From a virus (lineage: Duplodnaviria > Caudoviricetes), in IMG/VR virus record IMGVR_UViG_3300020044_004264, positions 1 through 44,377 of that record: a stretch of 44,377 nucleotides of DNA. One strand, 5' to 3'. Below the pieces are notes generated by a model that did not search any database, had not been told where the DNA came from, and saw nothing but the letters and a program-made list of their open reading frames with translations. A program made the position numbers and the translations under genes. Shown here one piece after another: positions 33,059-43,242 of the stretch. Position 1 is the first letter of the stretch, and the number at the start of each line of letters is the position of its first letter.

Positions 33059-33504
33059 TTGAAACTAACGGCTATGGACGCTTTCGTGGCCTTGGCGGTG
33101 CAGACTGGAACCTGCTCGCCTGTGGACTCGTCAAAGATAGCGGTCTTGCCTGCTTGCCGAAAGGCTATCTTGAGCAGTTCCTCCCTCGCTTTCATTTGTG
33201 CTTTGAGGTCGGCATACACTTCGTCTTCCTCGTAATTAGGCGTGAGGCTCCCTTCCTTGAGGGTAATCTCTGCACCGAAGGCTTGGAAGGTCTTGCCGTG
33301 CTTGGAGGCTTCGTCGGCAACGGTCTGCTCGGTAGCCTTGATGGTGGCTTCAAGAGCCTTGACGAAGGCCTTTAGTTTGATGTGGGCCTCGATGGGATTG
33401 ACCTCGCCATCATTGATTCGGTCGGTCAGTTGCTGGGCCATTTGGGCGATTTCTGCCTTGCAGATGTCGCTCTTGGGAATGGTGATTAGAGTCGGGTAGG
33501 TCAT
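33055..33504 (-). CDS. Hypothetical protein (copy of 190-639)
   Basis: Near-identical protein. Confidence 0.85.
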   Translation of the reverse strand: MTYPTLITIPKSDICKAEIAQMAQQLTDRINDGEVNPIEAHIKLKAFVKALEATIKATEQTVADEASKHGKTFQAFGAEITLKEGSLTPNYEEDEVYADLKAQMKAREELLKIAFRQAGKTAIFDESTGEQVPVCTAKATKASIAVSFK

Positions 33505-34028
33505 GGGGTTTGCGTTAGGATTTGGTTTATTTTTTCAATGATTAGTTCGCCAATGTACTTTCGGCAGATGACAGCGGTTTGCAAGCGATTTTTAGTAGCG
33601 TCACAGGAAGGGTAAGCGTAAGCATAAGATGCAGCAGCAGCAGCAGCAGCAGCGTCAGCAGTAGCATAAAAAGCGGAAATTCGGTCAGTCGCACGGGAAG
33701 CCACACAGTAGGCATAAGCAGCAGCAAAAGAGGCATCTGCAGCAGCAGCGTCTAACTCTTCACGGGTCGCTTTGCCTTCGCCAAAAGCAATAGCAACCTC
33801 AACCGCTTTTATGCTGCGCTCGTCCTTCATCAAGTGCCTAACCGTGTTGGCACAATGCCCCTTGGCAAGGGTCAGTGGTTGCAGTCCGATGTCGCACTTT
33901 TTGGCAAGCCACAGGAGCCAATCCCCTCGGTGGCAGGTTGCAACTACTTCTTCTATCGTCTTGTTTTCAGCCCACTCAACGGCAGGCTCGCAAGCACCTT
34001 TGGATTGTAAGTATTGATTAAAGGTCAT
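33501..34028 (-). CDS. Copy-2-specific Ala-rich protein (Imm5-like segment)
   Basis: GACEPAVEW, RGDWLLWL, DERSIKAVEVAIAF; absent from copy 1. Confidence 0.75.
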   Translation of the reverse strand: MTFNQYLQSKGACEPAVEWAENKTIEEVVATCHRGDWLLWLAKKCDIGLQPLTLAKGHCANTVRHLMKDERSIKAVEVAIAFGEGKATREELDAAAADASFAAAYAYCVASRATDRISAFYATADAAAAAAAASYAYAYPSCDATKNRLQTAVICRKYIGELIIEKINQILTQTP

Positions 34029-34246
34029 GGTTTGGATTTGAAAGATTCGAAAAGAAAGCCAAAAGCATTAAGGTCAGCGCAATTCAATACAACACAAAGG
34101 TCAACTGCATCGCAAACTTTCAATTGACTGACGTAGTCGGTTTCAGTCAACATTTTAACGAGGGATTCTCCTCCTCTTGGGTTTTTCTCTTTGAACTCAA
34201 GGAGTTTCTTAAACTCGTCAGCGTTCATTTTTTCAAGTAGGTTCAT
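34025..34246 (-). CDS. Hypothetical protein (copy of 636-857)
   Basis: Homologous 73 aa. Confidence 0.8.
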   Translation of the reverse strand: MNLLEKMNADEFKKLLEFKEKNPRGGESLVKMLTETDYVSQLKVCDAVDLCVVLNCADLNAFGFLFESFKSKP

Positions 34247-34799
34247 GGTCTTGCAAGTTGGTTTTGAATGAATTGGATGCCTTTCTCGAATCGTGCAGGG
34301 GTCATGTGGTCGATGTCCTTCATAAACTTCGCCTGTTGCTCCTTTGGGAGTTTGTCAAGCAATGCAAGGAAGTCGGCCTTGAGGGTTGCGGTGGTCAGTT
34401 CGTCGTAGGAAGGGACCAGTCCAAGTTTGTCGTTGAGGTCGCCAAGGCCCTGTTGGGCGATAGCCATCTGCACCTCGTTGGACGATGCGATGCTCGTTTC
34501 GATTCCGATTCCGATACAGGCCAAGGCACGGCCCCAAGCGGATGTTTCGCAGTTCTCGACGTAGGAGGTCTTGTTGATCATTGAGAAGTCCTGTCCTCGG
34601 AGGCGTGGCCCGTAGCACGGATGCGACCTTCGTTGTCCCGGATAACCGCACGGACGCAGCAGCGGTCGGGTTGCAGGTCAATGAGTTCGGATTCCAACGA
34701 CCAGCCAGCGTAGGCCGATTCGTTGCGGAAGTACAGGAGGCGTTGATTGACTTCGACGTAGTCCTTCCCTTTGATGTTGGTGGTCTTAAATTTGTGCAT
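34243..34799 (-). pseudogene. Alternative putative annealase split by a 1-nt frameshift
   Basis: KGKDYVEVNQRL...ATGHASEDRTS | MINKTSYVENCETSAWGRAL; one added T would give a continuous 185-aa ORF; C-tail shared with copy 1 SSAP. Confidence 0.65.
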
Positions 34800-34810
34800 G
34801 GTTTTGAGGT

Positions 34811-34930
34811 TTAGTTGGTGATAAGTGCGAAGATGAATCTGCCGAAGAAGGCGATGCCGAGGCAGGCGGTCAGCAGGATGTAGCCCGTTGCGAGGGCTGC
34901 TTTGAGTGTGGCTTTGGTTTCGTGGTTCAT
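34811..34930 (-). CDS. 39-aa TM peptide (copy 2)
   Basis: One aa change relative to 1507-1626. Confidence 0.75.
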   Translation of the reverse strand: MNHETKATLKAALATGYILLTACLGIAFFGRFIFALITN

Positions 34931-34980
34931 GGGTTTGAGGTTAAAAGAATGTGCGTTGGCGAGTCGCACCCCTCGGTTGG

Positions 34981-35202
34981 TTAGAATAATGACGCAAGTT
35001 CGTTTTTAGTTCTAATATCTTCACGCTGGCAATGCAACTGCAAACTGCCAGCAAGCAAATCATACTGTTCGTTACTAATGCAGCCCTGCTTCAAAGAGCG
35101 CATCATTTTAAGCGCATAAGCGAAAGCATCTGCCGTGGATTCAACATCGCAAAGGTCAAGGTGAAATTCACGAACGTTTTGGGGGAGTGTGTTGTTAATC
35201 AT
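34981..35202 (-). CDS. Copy-2-specific hypothetical protein (73 aa)
   Basis: MINNTLPQ..., occupies exactly the slot of 1683-1967. Confidence 0.7.
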   Translation of the reverse strand: MINNTLPQNVREFHLDLCDVESTADAFAYALKMMRSLKQGCISNEQYDLLAGSLQLHCQREDIRTKNELASLF

Positions 35203-35345
35203 GGTTTTGAGGTTTAGTGGTTGGTTTGTAAAGCAAAGATAATGCAGTCCGACCCTATTTGTGCCACCTCGTAGCAAAAAAATTATTCATCCCCCGTTTT
35301 ATTGCGATTTGAGGCTATTTCCATACATTTGTAGAAACCTAAGCC

Positions 35346-35603
35346 ATGCCCGAATACCACTCCCTTCGTCCTGCCAAGGCCCTTACCAACGCCTTGGAAC
35401 GGCTGATGATCGCCATCAACAACGCTGACCTTGAAGGCAACCACGCCCTGCTCTTAGAATACCGCAAAGCCTGCGAGTTACTGGGCTACGATCCTGCCAT
35501 GGCTCAATGGGCCGGGACCAAGGAGGTCAGCATCGCAAGTCAGCAGAACCTCGCAGACGAAGTGCAGGTCAGTTATTTCCACGCCCTAAACCCTGAAGAA
35601 TGA
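35346..35603 (+). CDS. Hypothetical protein (copy of 2111-2368)
   Basis: Identical N-terminal 62 aa, divergent C-terminus. Confidence 0.8.
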   Translation: MPEYHSLRPAKALTNALERLMIAINNADLEGNHALLLEYRKACELLGYDPAMAQWAGTKEVSIASQQNLADEVQVSYFHALNPEE

Positions 35604-36013
35604 GAACCATCACCCACCTCGTCGTCCATTGCACGGCAACCCCGAAGCATACGACCATCGCCTCCATCCGCAAGCACTGGAAGGAAGCCCTTGGATGGAA
35701 GTCGGTCGGCTACCACAAGATCATTGATTCGACTGGGAATGTAACGGTCTTGGCTCCTGACTCGGCTATTACCAACGGAGTGCAGGGGCATAACGCTACG
35801 AGCCTTCATGTGTCCTACATTGGAGGCAAAGACAAAGATGACCGCAGTATCGGCCAGCGTCAGGCGATTGCCGTGGTGCTGCTTGATTGGCTTAAGAAGT
35901 ACCCTACCGCAAGGATATGCGGACACAGGGACTTTCCGGGTGTTACGAAAGCCTGTCCGCAGTTTAATGCTGAAAAGGAATACGGCTACCTATACCTGAC
36001 CGCTGCCGGTTAG
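35600..36013 (+). CDS. Endolysin amidase (copy 2)
   Basis: Near-identical to 2365-2778. Confidence 0.92.
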   Translation: MRTITHLVVHCTATPKHTTIASIRKHWKEALGWKSVGYHKIIDSTGNVTVLAPDSAITNGVQGHNATSLHVSYIGGKDKDDRSIGQRQAIAVVLLDWLKKYPTARICGHRDFPGVTKACPQFNAEKEYGYLYLTAAG

Positions 36014-36894
36014 TACAACCTATCCGCAGGAGTGAAGGTGGCGTGAACTTGAAGTTCGGGACCCTTGTTGTCTTTGCTGGTATTGCGTGAGGTTTCCAGT
36101 TTCAGCCAATAGCCTCCCAAAGGCTTCGGGCCTCGGCCTCGTTCAGTGTGAAAGCCCATGTAGCCTCCGTCCCATTCTTCCTTGTAAGTAGCCGTACGAA
36201 GTTGGTGAATAGGTTTTTGAATGAGGGTTTTGGTTGAGCGGTCATAGCGGTGAACCATGTTTTGGTGGTAGTATAATTCGTGGACGTGGCCCATCCAAGT
36301 CAAGTCGTATCCTTCGGTCCCGGCAAGTAGCCTCTGATCGTGAATTACTCCGCGGCTGACCGCACCTCCCCCACTATGCCCATGAAAATAATGCACTACG
36401 AAGTTGACTCCACGGATTGTGTCGTGAAGCACTCGGATGTCAATGGTTCCTCCGTAACCTCCAACTTGAACCGCTGATCCTGTGGCGTAGTTGAGGGTGC
36501 TGGCGAAGCGTTGCAAGAGGTCCGTTTCCCCGTGCTTGATAATAGCGGTTTCGTGGTTGCCATATCCTATCAGCAAAATGTTTTTGGCGTATGGAGCAAA
36601 CCATTCCACCGAGGTGTCCACGATAGCGTCAAAATAACGGTCGGTGTTGTGTTCGGGACGAATCAGCGATTTGTCAGCACGACGGTCATATTTGCCCCCC
36701 ATGCAGCAGTAGGTGTCGCCATTTAGGATAATGGCAGCATTCCGCTTGACGGCTTCGTCCAAGTGGTTTTTGAGCAAGCCTCTATCGCAATGGGGGTTGT
36801 CCCAATGCAGGTCGCTGACAAGTAAGAACTCCTGCCCCGATTGGCAGGTTACTTCGTGGATGTTTCGGGTGTGCTTGGTGGCTGGTAGGATCAT
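36010..36894 (-). CDS. Metallophosphoesterase (copy 2)
   Basis: Near-identical to 2775-3659. Confidence 0.85.
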   Translation of the reverse strand: MILPATKHTRNIHEVTCQSGQEFLLVSDLHWDNPHCDRGLLKNHLDEAVKRNAAIILNGDTYCCMGGKYDRRADKSLIRPEHNTDRYFDAIVDTSVEWFAPYAKNILLIGYGNHETAIIKHGETDLLQRFASTLNYATGSAVQVGGYGGTIDIRVLHDTIRGVNFVVHYFHGHSGGGAVSRGVIHDQRLLAGTEGYDLTWMGHVHELYYHQNMVHRYDRSTKTLIQKPIHQLRTATYKEEWDGGYMGFHTERGRGPKPLGGYWLKLETSRNTSKDNKGPELQVHATFTPADRLY

Positions 36895-37166
36895 GAGAGG
36901 CTTTTAAGTTTAGCATTCTCGGCTTGGAGTTCGTGAACCAGTTGTTCCATGTCTTCCAATCGCTGACGCAAACTTACCACCTCGTTACGAAGTTGTGTTA
37001 ATTCTTTGTTTTGTGACTCGCTGGTAGCCTGCCACATAGCGAGGACCGCTTGGGCTTGCCTGACTTGCAGGGAGTCCGATTCTACACGGCCCTTGGTGAA
37101 CCAAGCGACCGCTCCACCGACGATTGCTGCAACGCTCCCGACGATGGTGGTTTCGATTAGATTCAC
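36891..37166 (-). CDS. TM plus coiled-coil protein (copy 2)
   Basis: Homolog of 3656-3931. Confidence 0.6.
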   Translation of the reverse strand: MNLIETTIVGSVAAIVGGAVAWFTKGRVESDSLQVRQAQAVLAMWQATSESQNKELTQLRNEVVSLRQRLEDMEQLVHELQAENAKLKSLS

Positions 37167-37381
37167 TTCTTGACCTTTACTTTATCGATTGTCATCCAAC
37201 CAACTGAAAGCAAGGTGATTAATGCACCAATAATCTCTTGCAAAGTTTCGGTGTCTAACAAGCCTTTGGCGACGAGGGTTCCACCGATGAAGGTTAACAG
37301 GTGGCGAAGTAAAGCGATGACGGCTGATTTCATTATTGGGAGTTTAGGGGTTTCGGGGTTGCGTTTGCGGAATAATCTCAT
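37163..37381 (-). CDS. Putative holin (copy 2)
   Basis: Homolog of 3928-4155, one ETP unit shorter. Confidence 0.7.
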   Translation of the reverse strand: MRLFRKRNPETPKLPIMKSAVIALLRHLLTFIGGTLVAKGLLDTETLQEIIGALITLLSVGWMTIDKVKVKK

Positions 37382-37632
37382 AGGGATTTGCGTTGGTTGT
37401 AGTCCTCGGTGTACTGCTCGTCCCATCCGAGAAAGGAGTGAACACCGCAGGGTTCGGGCCAAGTTTCGTACTGGGTAGCATCTTCGGGTGCGTCGCCCTC
37501 CCAAAGGATGTCGTAGGCGATGAACTTATCCAAGACCCCAAGGGCCACCGCAGCGGTCGTGCCTGTGCATAGAGCCAGCACCTTGTCAGCGTCGGCCTGC
37601 TTGGGGAATGCGTACTTGCGGAAGGTAGCCAT
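37378..37632 (-). CDS. Hypothetical protein (copy of 4152-4406)
   Basis: MATFRKYAFP homolog. Confidence 0.75.
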   Translation of the reverse strand: MATFRKYAFPKQADADKVLALCTGTTAAVALGVLDKFIAYDILWEGDAPEDATQYETWPEPCGVHSFLGWDEQYTEDYNQRKSL

Positions 37633-38966
37633 TAGAGGGTCGTAAGGGCTTGGAGTTGAGCGTTCGTGAGCCTTGTGGTGTAGAGCGCAGCAGCACGGAT
37701 GCGGTCGTTCCATTGGTCGGAATTTGCGCTTGTTTCAATCTTGCCCAAGAACACCTGATTGCACGCAGGAACGGCCCCTGAAGTTACCGAGCCTATAAGT
37801 GAGCCGTTAACGTAAAACACGAAGTCGTTGTTTGCGTATGCTACGGCCACTTTATAGTTGCCTGTTGCCTGATTGTTGCCTGTTGCTATATCAGCGATTG
37901 AAGCACCAGCAGTTCGCACGATGAGTTGAAGCCTATTGTTTGAAGTTTTTTGAAAGAGTATGCGATTTGATGTCGTCCCGTCCGAAATAGCAAAAGCCCT
38001 TGCAAATAGCGTAAAATTGCTCACGTTTAGTTCCGCATAAATCGTTCCCTCGGTCTGCCCGATGCATCCGCTGACTGCTCCTGTTAGAGTGATAACGTCT
38101 GCGTTGCGTGTTGCGCTTGCGGTTGTTGTGGGGATGTAGGAGGTGGCGATGGAGCCTGTTTCAAGTTGTGCGCCAAAGCCGTAGATAATATCAGTAGTTG
38201 TGCCTGCAAAAGAAAGCGCACGAGTGCTACCACTTGAAGTTATCAAAATTGCAGCAACCCCAGCCCCTCCTGCGGTTACATTGGCCGTTGCGGTGAGTTG
38301 ACAACGATACCATCCATTGCCATAATTTTCAATTCTTGCAGCCCTATTTGTGTCTGCTGTTGTTCCAGTTACAACACTAACCGCTCCAAGTTGCAGGTCA
38401 AAATTTGCGTAACCTAATTGAGTGAATGCGTTTCCAATACCCGGAAAGGTCATTTGAACATACCTTCCAGCAACTCCAGCTCCTTGCTTAAAAAATGCAC
38501 TTTGCGTGTAAATTGTTCCGCTGGTGTATGTTATATTAGTCGTACTATTGGATTGAGCAACGTGGGACGAACTGCCTGAAGTTGGACTTATAGCATTGGC
38601 CAAGTTTGTGCCAAAAGGGTCAGTCGTTCCGCTTGTTCCCGTTACGACTGTTACTGCGGAGTTTAACCAATTAGTCCCACTCACCCACAAATGCGAATGC
38701 CACGCCAAATTTGACGCACTCGGCTCCACCAAGAGAGCAGGGCAGCCAGCAGTTCCACCGCTGGTGTAGTAATCCAACCTCGGAACCCCCGAAGCGACAA
38801 CCTCAATCAATCCGCTTGCGTTGACCCTTGTTGCCGTAGTTGCCCGGGTAACATTGAAGTCGCCCGATGCTCCCAATACCACACCGCCCGAAGTCGTTGC
38901 TAAGGGTGTGTATAGTTTGCCCGTCTTAAAGCGAGCAGGGACAAGGATTAGCGATGGTGTCGGCAT
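37632..38966 (-). CDS. Fibre/spike protein, variant allele (444 aa)
   Basis: Conserved ends and middle block; two divergent domains. Confidence 0.75.
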   Translation of the reverse strand: MPTPSLILVPARFKTGKLYTPLATTSGGVVLGASGDFNVTRATTATRVNASGLIEVVASGVPRLDYYTSGGTAGCPALLVEPSASNLAWHSHLWVSGTNWLNSAVTVVTGTSGTTDPFGTNLANAISPTSGSSSHVAQSNSTTNITYTSGTIYTQSAFFKQGAGVAGRYVQMTFPGIGNAFTQLGYANFDLQLGAVSVVTGTTADTNRAARIENYGNGWYRCQLTATANVTAGGAGVAAILITSSGSTRALSFAGTTTDIIYGFGAQLETGSIATSYIPTTTASATRNADVITLTGAVSGCIGQTEGTIYAELNVSNFTLFARAFAISDGTTSNRILFQKTSNNRLQLIVRTAGASIADIATGNNQATGNYKVAVAYANNDFVFYVNGSLIGSVTSGAVPACNQVFLGKIETSANSDQWNDRIRAAALYTTRLTNAQLQALTTL

Positions 38967-38968
38967 TC

Positions 38969-39139
38969 TTAGAAATTGTAAATAACTGCAAAGCGATTAA
39001 AGAGGCATCCATCAACGGCAGCCTCGGCAGCGGTTGCACCGTCAGCCGTTGCCCTTGCGTTGAACAAGGCCCACACCCCAGCAGCGACTCCACCTTGGAG
39101 CATTGATGTCGGGTAGCCGTAGCCGTAGCCTATCAGCAT
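38969..39139 (-). CDS. 56-aa protein (copy 2)
   Basis: Homolog of 5671-5841. Confidence 0.8.
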   Translation of the reverse strand: MLIGYGYGYPTSMLQGGVAAGVWALFNARATADGATAAEAAVDGCLFNRFAVIYNF

Positions 39140-39140
39140 C

Positions 39141-39416
39141 TTAGAGGAATGTGTAACCGATGACTGAACCTGCGCTTGGAGTAACGGCCGTAATCTTACC
39201 TCCGTTGCGACCGCTGATAACGACGCCAGCGGAAATAGAAGCCCCCGAAAAGTTGTAAGCGGTTAGCAGGTTCTCGCTTCCAGTTCCTGTAAGGGTTGTA
39301 AAGGTCGCAGCGGTGTTGACTACAAGGAAGTCGTAGTTTTTCCCAGTAACGGATCCATTGATAAACTCCATCGTACCACCTTGGCCGAGCATCTGTTGTA
39401 AAATAGGTGTAGGCAT
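39141..39416 (-). CDS. 91-aa structural protein (copy 2)
   Basis: Homolog of 5841-6116. Confidence 0.75.
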   Translation of the reverse strand: MPTPILQQMLGQGGTMEFINGSVTGKNYDFLVVNTAATFTTLTGTGSENLLTAYNFSGASISAGVVISGRNGGKITAVTPSAGSVIGYTFL

Positions 39417-39443
39417 TTTTTAGCGTTTAATTGTAAATGTCTT

Positions 39444-39947
39444 TTAGGTTGGAATTTCACAAACCGAATGACCGTAAGGGATTTCAAAGGTCATTGTCGC
39501 CTGCCATCCTGCCGTGCGGTCATCTCGGCTCTCTACGAACCTCGTAAGGTTCACGCTGGATGAAAGTGTCCAGTCCTCGTTCGGGTCGTTTGTAAGCGAC
39601 GATATGAAGTCCTGTGCGATTTGCAACTGGTCGCTTAGGACCTCGTCCTCGTTGTCCTGCCAACCCAACGTAGGGCTGCCTGAAACCACTCCGCCCATCG
39701 GTTTGATGGATTCAACACGGTCAGAAAAGTAAACGCCAACCACCAAGTCCAAAGTGCCAGCGTCAGTATTTGCAGACTGAACGTCCGCAAACACGAGCGG
39801 ATAGACGATGCGTTCACGGCTTGGGGTTCGAAGATTTATCGTGTTGTCCGTGCCGATTGCAAGCGGATCGCCCGTCCCGAAGGAGTTGACTTGCGGATGA
39901 GCATTTGCAAGGTCCAGCAGGGCTTGCTTGATTTTTATCCAAGACAT
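39444..39947 (-). CDS. Tail terminator/neck protein (copy 2)
   Basis: Homolog of 6144-6647. Confidence 0.55.
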   Translation of the reverse strand: MSWIKIKQALLDLANAHPQVNSFGTGDPLAIGTDNTINLRTPSRERIVYPLVFADVQSANTDAGTLDLVVGVYFSDRVESIKPMGGVVSGSPTLGWQDNEDEVLSDQLQIAQDFISSLTNDPNEDWTLSSSVNLTRFVESRDDRTAGWQATMTFEIPYGHSVCEIPT

Positions 39948-39989
39948 AGGCTTGTAGTTTCAGTATGTTTTTTTTATGCGCACCCATCG

Positions 39990-40571
39990 TCAGCAGTCAT
40001 TACACGCCCCGAATTGACCGTAGGGGTAGGGGTAGTCAAGGTTGCTGATTCCCATCCTCCTGTTGCGGTCCAAGACCATCCCGGTGCGATAGTTGGTGGC
40101 GTTCGGGTAGATGGTATCCAACGCAGACGGAGGCGAGTTCCAAAGCGGATAGGAATTGCGGTTCTCCATCATGTATCGGGTAATGCGTTCGGAGTACCAC
40201 TCGGCATCGTTCTTCACTTTGTCGGTCAGCCGGGTAATCTCTTCCATGCTCATTTGGCTTGATTCCTCGCTCGTTCTACGGACCATTCCTTTGTTCATGT
40301 ATTTGAACGCAAGGACCATCGGCAACTCGTAGTAAAGCCACTGAATCATAGCCGGCTGGATGTAGTCCTCCAGCAGCGTTTGGTTCAGGGCAGAGGTTGA
40401 ACCGCTGACGACCTGCGTAACCAATTCCCCGTAGAGTGCAGAGCCAACGATTGGCTGAATCCGCATCTCCTGCACCTTGACAACCGTAGGACGTATCTGC
40501 GTGTAGGATACGTTCTCGTTGATTATGGAGTTGTCGAGCAGCGTTTCTTCGCTTATGAATAGTGCCTTCAT
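39990..40571 (-). CDS. Head-tail adaptor (copy 2)
   Basis: Homolog of 6690-7271. Confidence 0.6.
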   Translation of the reverse strand: MKALFISEETLLDNSIINENVSYTQIRPTVVKVQEMRIQPIVGSALYGELVTQVVSGSTSALNQTLLEDYIQPAMIQWLYYELPMVLAFKYMNKGMVRRTSEESSQMSMEEITRLTDKVKNDAEWYSERITRYMMENRNSYPLWNSPPSALDTIYPNATNYRTGMVLDRNRRMGISNLDYPYPYGQFGACNDC

Positions 40572-42688
40572 GCCTTGCTGATTTTATTGCCTTTACGGAT
40601 TACCAACTGCTGCTCCCATACGTGCCTGCATTGTGGCCTGTTCACTCCGCTGGGCGTGTGATACCAACCGCCTCTGCGATTCCATACGGAGTAACCCATG
40701 ATTGCAGAAATCCCGTCGATGTCCTCACGAGTGTAGACCTTGCCTTGCCCGGCTAAGTCAAGCATGACCTTGCAGAACTCACGGCTGGAGCCTTTGTCCT
40801 TGTTGCTGAACCCTGTCGCCCATGCGTACTTGTAGCGGACTTCCAAGACTGGCTCTGCAACTTCCTTCACGTTCTTGGGAAGGTTCTGCTCGGCTATCTT
40901 GTCCACGGCCCGGCTGATAGGGTAGCGGTCCTTTGTGATTAGGTAAGCGACTCGCTTGGCGACCTTGGCCTTGCTAACTCCGAACTCCTTGGCCATTTCT
41001 TCAACCGATGCGTCCCGGTTCTTCTTGCGGTAAGCCTCAATCTTGAGATCCAATTCTTTTTCTTCTTCGCCCAGTTCGGCAAAGGCCAAGCGGATGTTTT
41101 CTTCAATGTTGGTGTCGAACCGCATCGGCTTGGAGTGCATCACATGGTAATCGTCTGCATGGCATCCGAACTTGCTTGCAACCACTTCCAAGACCTTGAA
41201 CTCTTCGTCGCCCCATCCGTAGTCCTCGTCGTCTTCTTGGCCCAAAGTCGGCTCGCTGAACTCTTGGGCCTGCACTCCGAGCATCGTGTCAATCTCTTGG
41301 GCAGACAAACCGAACCCTGCTGATAGCATAGTCCGAGCCATCTCCAGCGTGATTTTCTCCTGCATGTACTGCCTGACAATACGCATCAGGTTTTGGTACT
41401 CACGGCCCGATAGTTTCTTGATGTTGTCATTGCTCTGCAAGGCTTCCACGGCTTGCGGTTGCTCGTCGGGTTGGGGATTAGGTCCAACCACGTCGGCAGG
41501 TTTCTCCAAGGGTTGCAGACCTGCTTTTTCCCGAAGTTCGTCTTGGGTCATAATCTGCAACAGGGCTTGTTCGCTTAGTCGCTCCGTGATGGGTTCCACA
41601 GGGATCAGTTCCATACCCTCAACGCCATTGAAGGATCCCAAGTAGTTGATCATCCGCTCCACCTTGCGGACCCGGTCGTTGACGTAGGTCGCCTTGAATA
41701 GTTCGTAAGCCTCGACCAATTCGTTGCGTCCACCCAATTGGCCTTCGGTCTTGACTCCAAATAGCATCGGGTTGGTTACACGGTGTGCGATAAAGATTTC
41801 TTGTTGGATTGCTTTGTTCAGTATCTCGAACTGCTTATCCATGTCGCTCGGAGTGAGCGGTTCAAGCGTCGGGGCCTTGGCTGCATCGTCGTTGAAGGTA
41901 ACCACAAAGCGACCAGCGTTGTCGGTTCCCGAAAACTTGCGTTTAATCTGCCTCTCAATGTCGCCCTGTTCTTCGGGGGTCGGGATGCCGTTGTTGAAAT
42001 TAATCAAGTAACCGCCCCAAAAGTTGTTGCGGAGGTTGTTGTTGTGGAAGTTGGCGACCTGTACGTCTGCCTCAATCCAAGCGTTCCCCCCGATGTATTC
42101 CGGCAAAGGATAGTGCTTCACGCCTGCTGCGTACACACGATAGTAGAACAACTGCTTTCCGAGGCGATTCTCCGGGTCGAATGCAGGAATCTTCTCGATG
42201 TCCCCGACCTTCGGGAACAACTGCATCATATCGTCGTTGTACCAATCGGCCACCTGAAACATGTTCTCCTCCTTGTCCACCCGGATCTTCTCGAACGGGA
42301 CGTGTTCCATCTTGGCGATGGTCCCAAGTTTGGACCAAGTAACTGCAACCGCAAAGCCGTTGAATAACTCCAAGTCCAAGACCAGTTTCTCCGTGATGTC
42401 GTTCAGGTCCTCCGTGCTTGACATTCCGTCAAAGAACTTGATGAACCGGGCCTCTTGCTCTACGGTCAGGTTGTCCCCTGCCTGCCATCCTCCGCCCATG
42501 ATGTAGTTCACCTTTCCGTTGACGATAGCGTTGTGCTTGCTTGACCTGCGATAGTTGTCAAGCAGGTAGTAGGGGTATTCGTTGGCAAAGCCGTAGGTGA
42601 TGTATTTGCCGGAACGGTTCTCCAGCATCACGGGGACCTTATGCTCTATCCCCAACCATTGGGTGAAGTGCTGCGTTGACTTGCTCAT
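40568..42688 (-). CDS. Portal protein (copy 2)
   Basis: Homolog of 7268-9379. Confidence 0.85.
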   Translation of the reverse strand: MSKSTQHFTQWLGIEHKVPVMLENRSGKYITYGFANEYPYYLLDNYRRSSKHNAIVNGKVNYIMGGGWQAGDNLTVEQEARFIKFFDGMSSTEDLNDITEKLVLDLELFNGFAVAVTWSKLGTIAKMEHVPFEKIRVDKEENMFQVADWYNDDMMQLFPKVGDIEKIPAFDPENRLGKQLFYYRVYAAGVKHYPLPEYIGGNAWIEADVQVANFHNNNLRNNFWGGYLINFNNGIPTPEEQGDIERQIKRKFSGTDNAGRFVVTFNDDAAKAPTLEPLTPSDMDKQFEILNKAIQQEIFIAHRVTNPMLFGVKTEGQLGGRNELVEAYELFKATYVNDRVRKVERMINYLGSFNGVEGMELIPVEPITERLSEQALLQIMTQDELREKAGLQPLEKPADVVGPNPQPDEQPQAVEALQSNDNIKKLSGREYQNLMRIVRQYMQEKITLEMARTMLSAGFGLSAQEIDTMLGVQAQEFSEPTLGQEDDEDYGWGDEEFKVLEVVASKFGCHADDYHVMHSKPMRFDTNIEENIRLAFAELGEEEKELDLKIEAYRKKNRDASVEEMAKEFGVSKAKVAKRVAYLITKDRYPISRAVDKIAEQNLPKNVKEVAEPVLEVRYKYAWATGFSNKDKGSSREFCKVMLDLAGQGKVYTREDIDGISAIMGYSVWNRRGGWYHTPSGVNRPQCRHVWEQQLVIRKGNKISKA

Positions 42689-43242
42689 AGGGTGTGAACT
42701 GTGAATGAAAGGGCTGAAATTGCGATACTTGCACCGCTATCGATTGCGTTGATGTAGATGGTAAACTCATCATTAACCGCACCCGTAACGTAAGCCTCCG
42801 TATAAATCGCATGGCCGTCTGAGTGGCTTATTGTGATATCCGTCATTGATTGGTCGATGGTCGTTCCGTTCTTGGCGATGTATACTTTGATTTGGTTGTT
42901 GTTGCCCTGCTGCGCAAGGACCATGGACGCAGCGATGCGAAGGGCTGCACTCGTTGTACCTGTGTAGGTGATGGCGGTGGTGGTCCTTGTGAAATTGTAG
43001 GTTGACAAAACGCCCGATTTCATCGCACTTGTCAACTTGACCCGTTGCCCTTGCGTTGGGGTAAAGGCCGTGTCGGTGTCGAGGTAAAGGTTCGCAAAGC
43101 CCCGTTCCCGGTCAAGCGTTGCGGTGTCTGCAAGGTCGTCGAATAGACCGCCCACACGGGATGCGGTGTTGGCCCCGGCAGCGGTTTCGTTGGTAATGGT
43201 TAATGCACTCGCTTGGAGTTGGCTTCGTGTTTGTACGCTCAT
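42685..43242 (-). CDS. Structural protein with alternative C-terminal domain (copy 2)
   Basis: N-terminus shared with 9376-9942. Confidence 0.7.
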   Translation of the reverse strand: MSVQTRSQLQASALTITNETAAGANTASRVGGLFDDLADTATLDRERGFANLYLDTDTAFTPTQGQRVKLTSAMKSGVLSTYNFTRTTTAITYTGTTSAALRIAASMVLAQQGNNNQIKVYIAKNGTTIDQSMTDITISHSDGHAIYTEAYVTGAVNDEFTIYINAIDSGASIAISALSFTVHTL

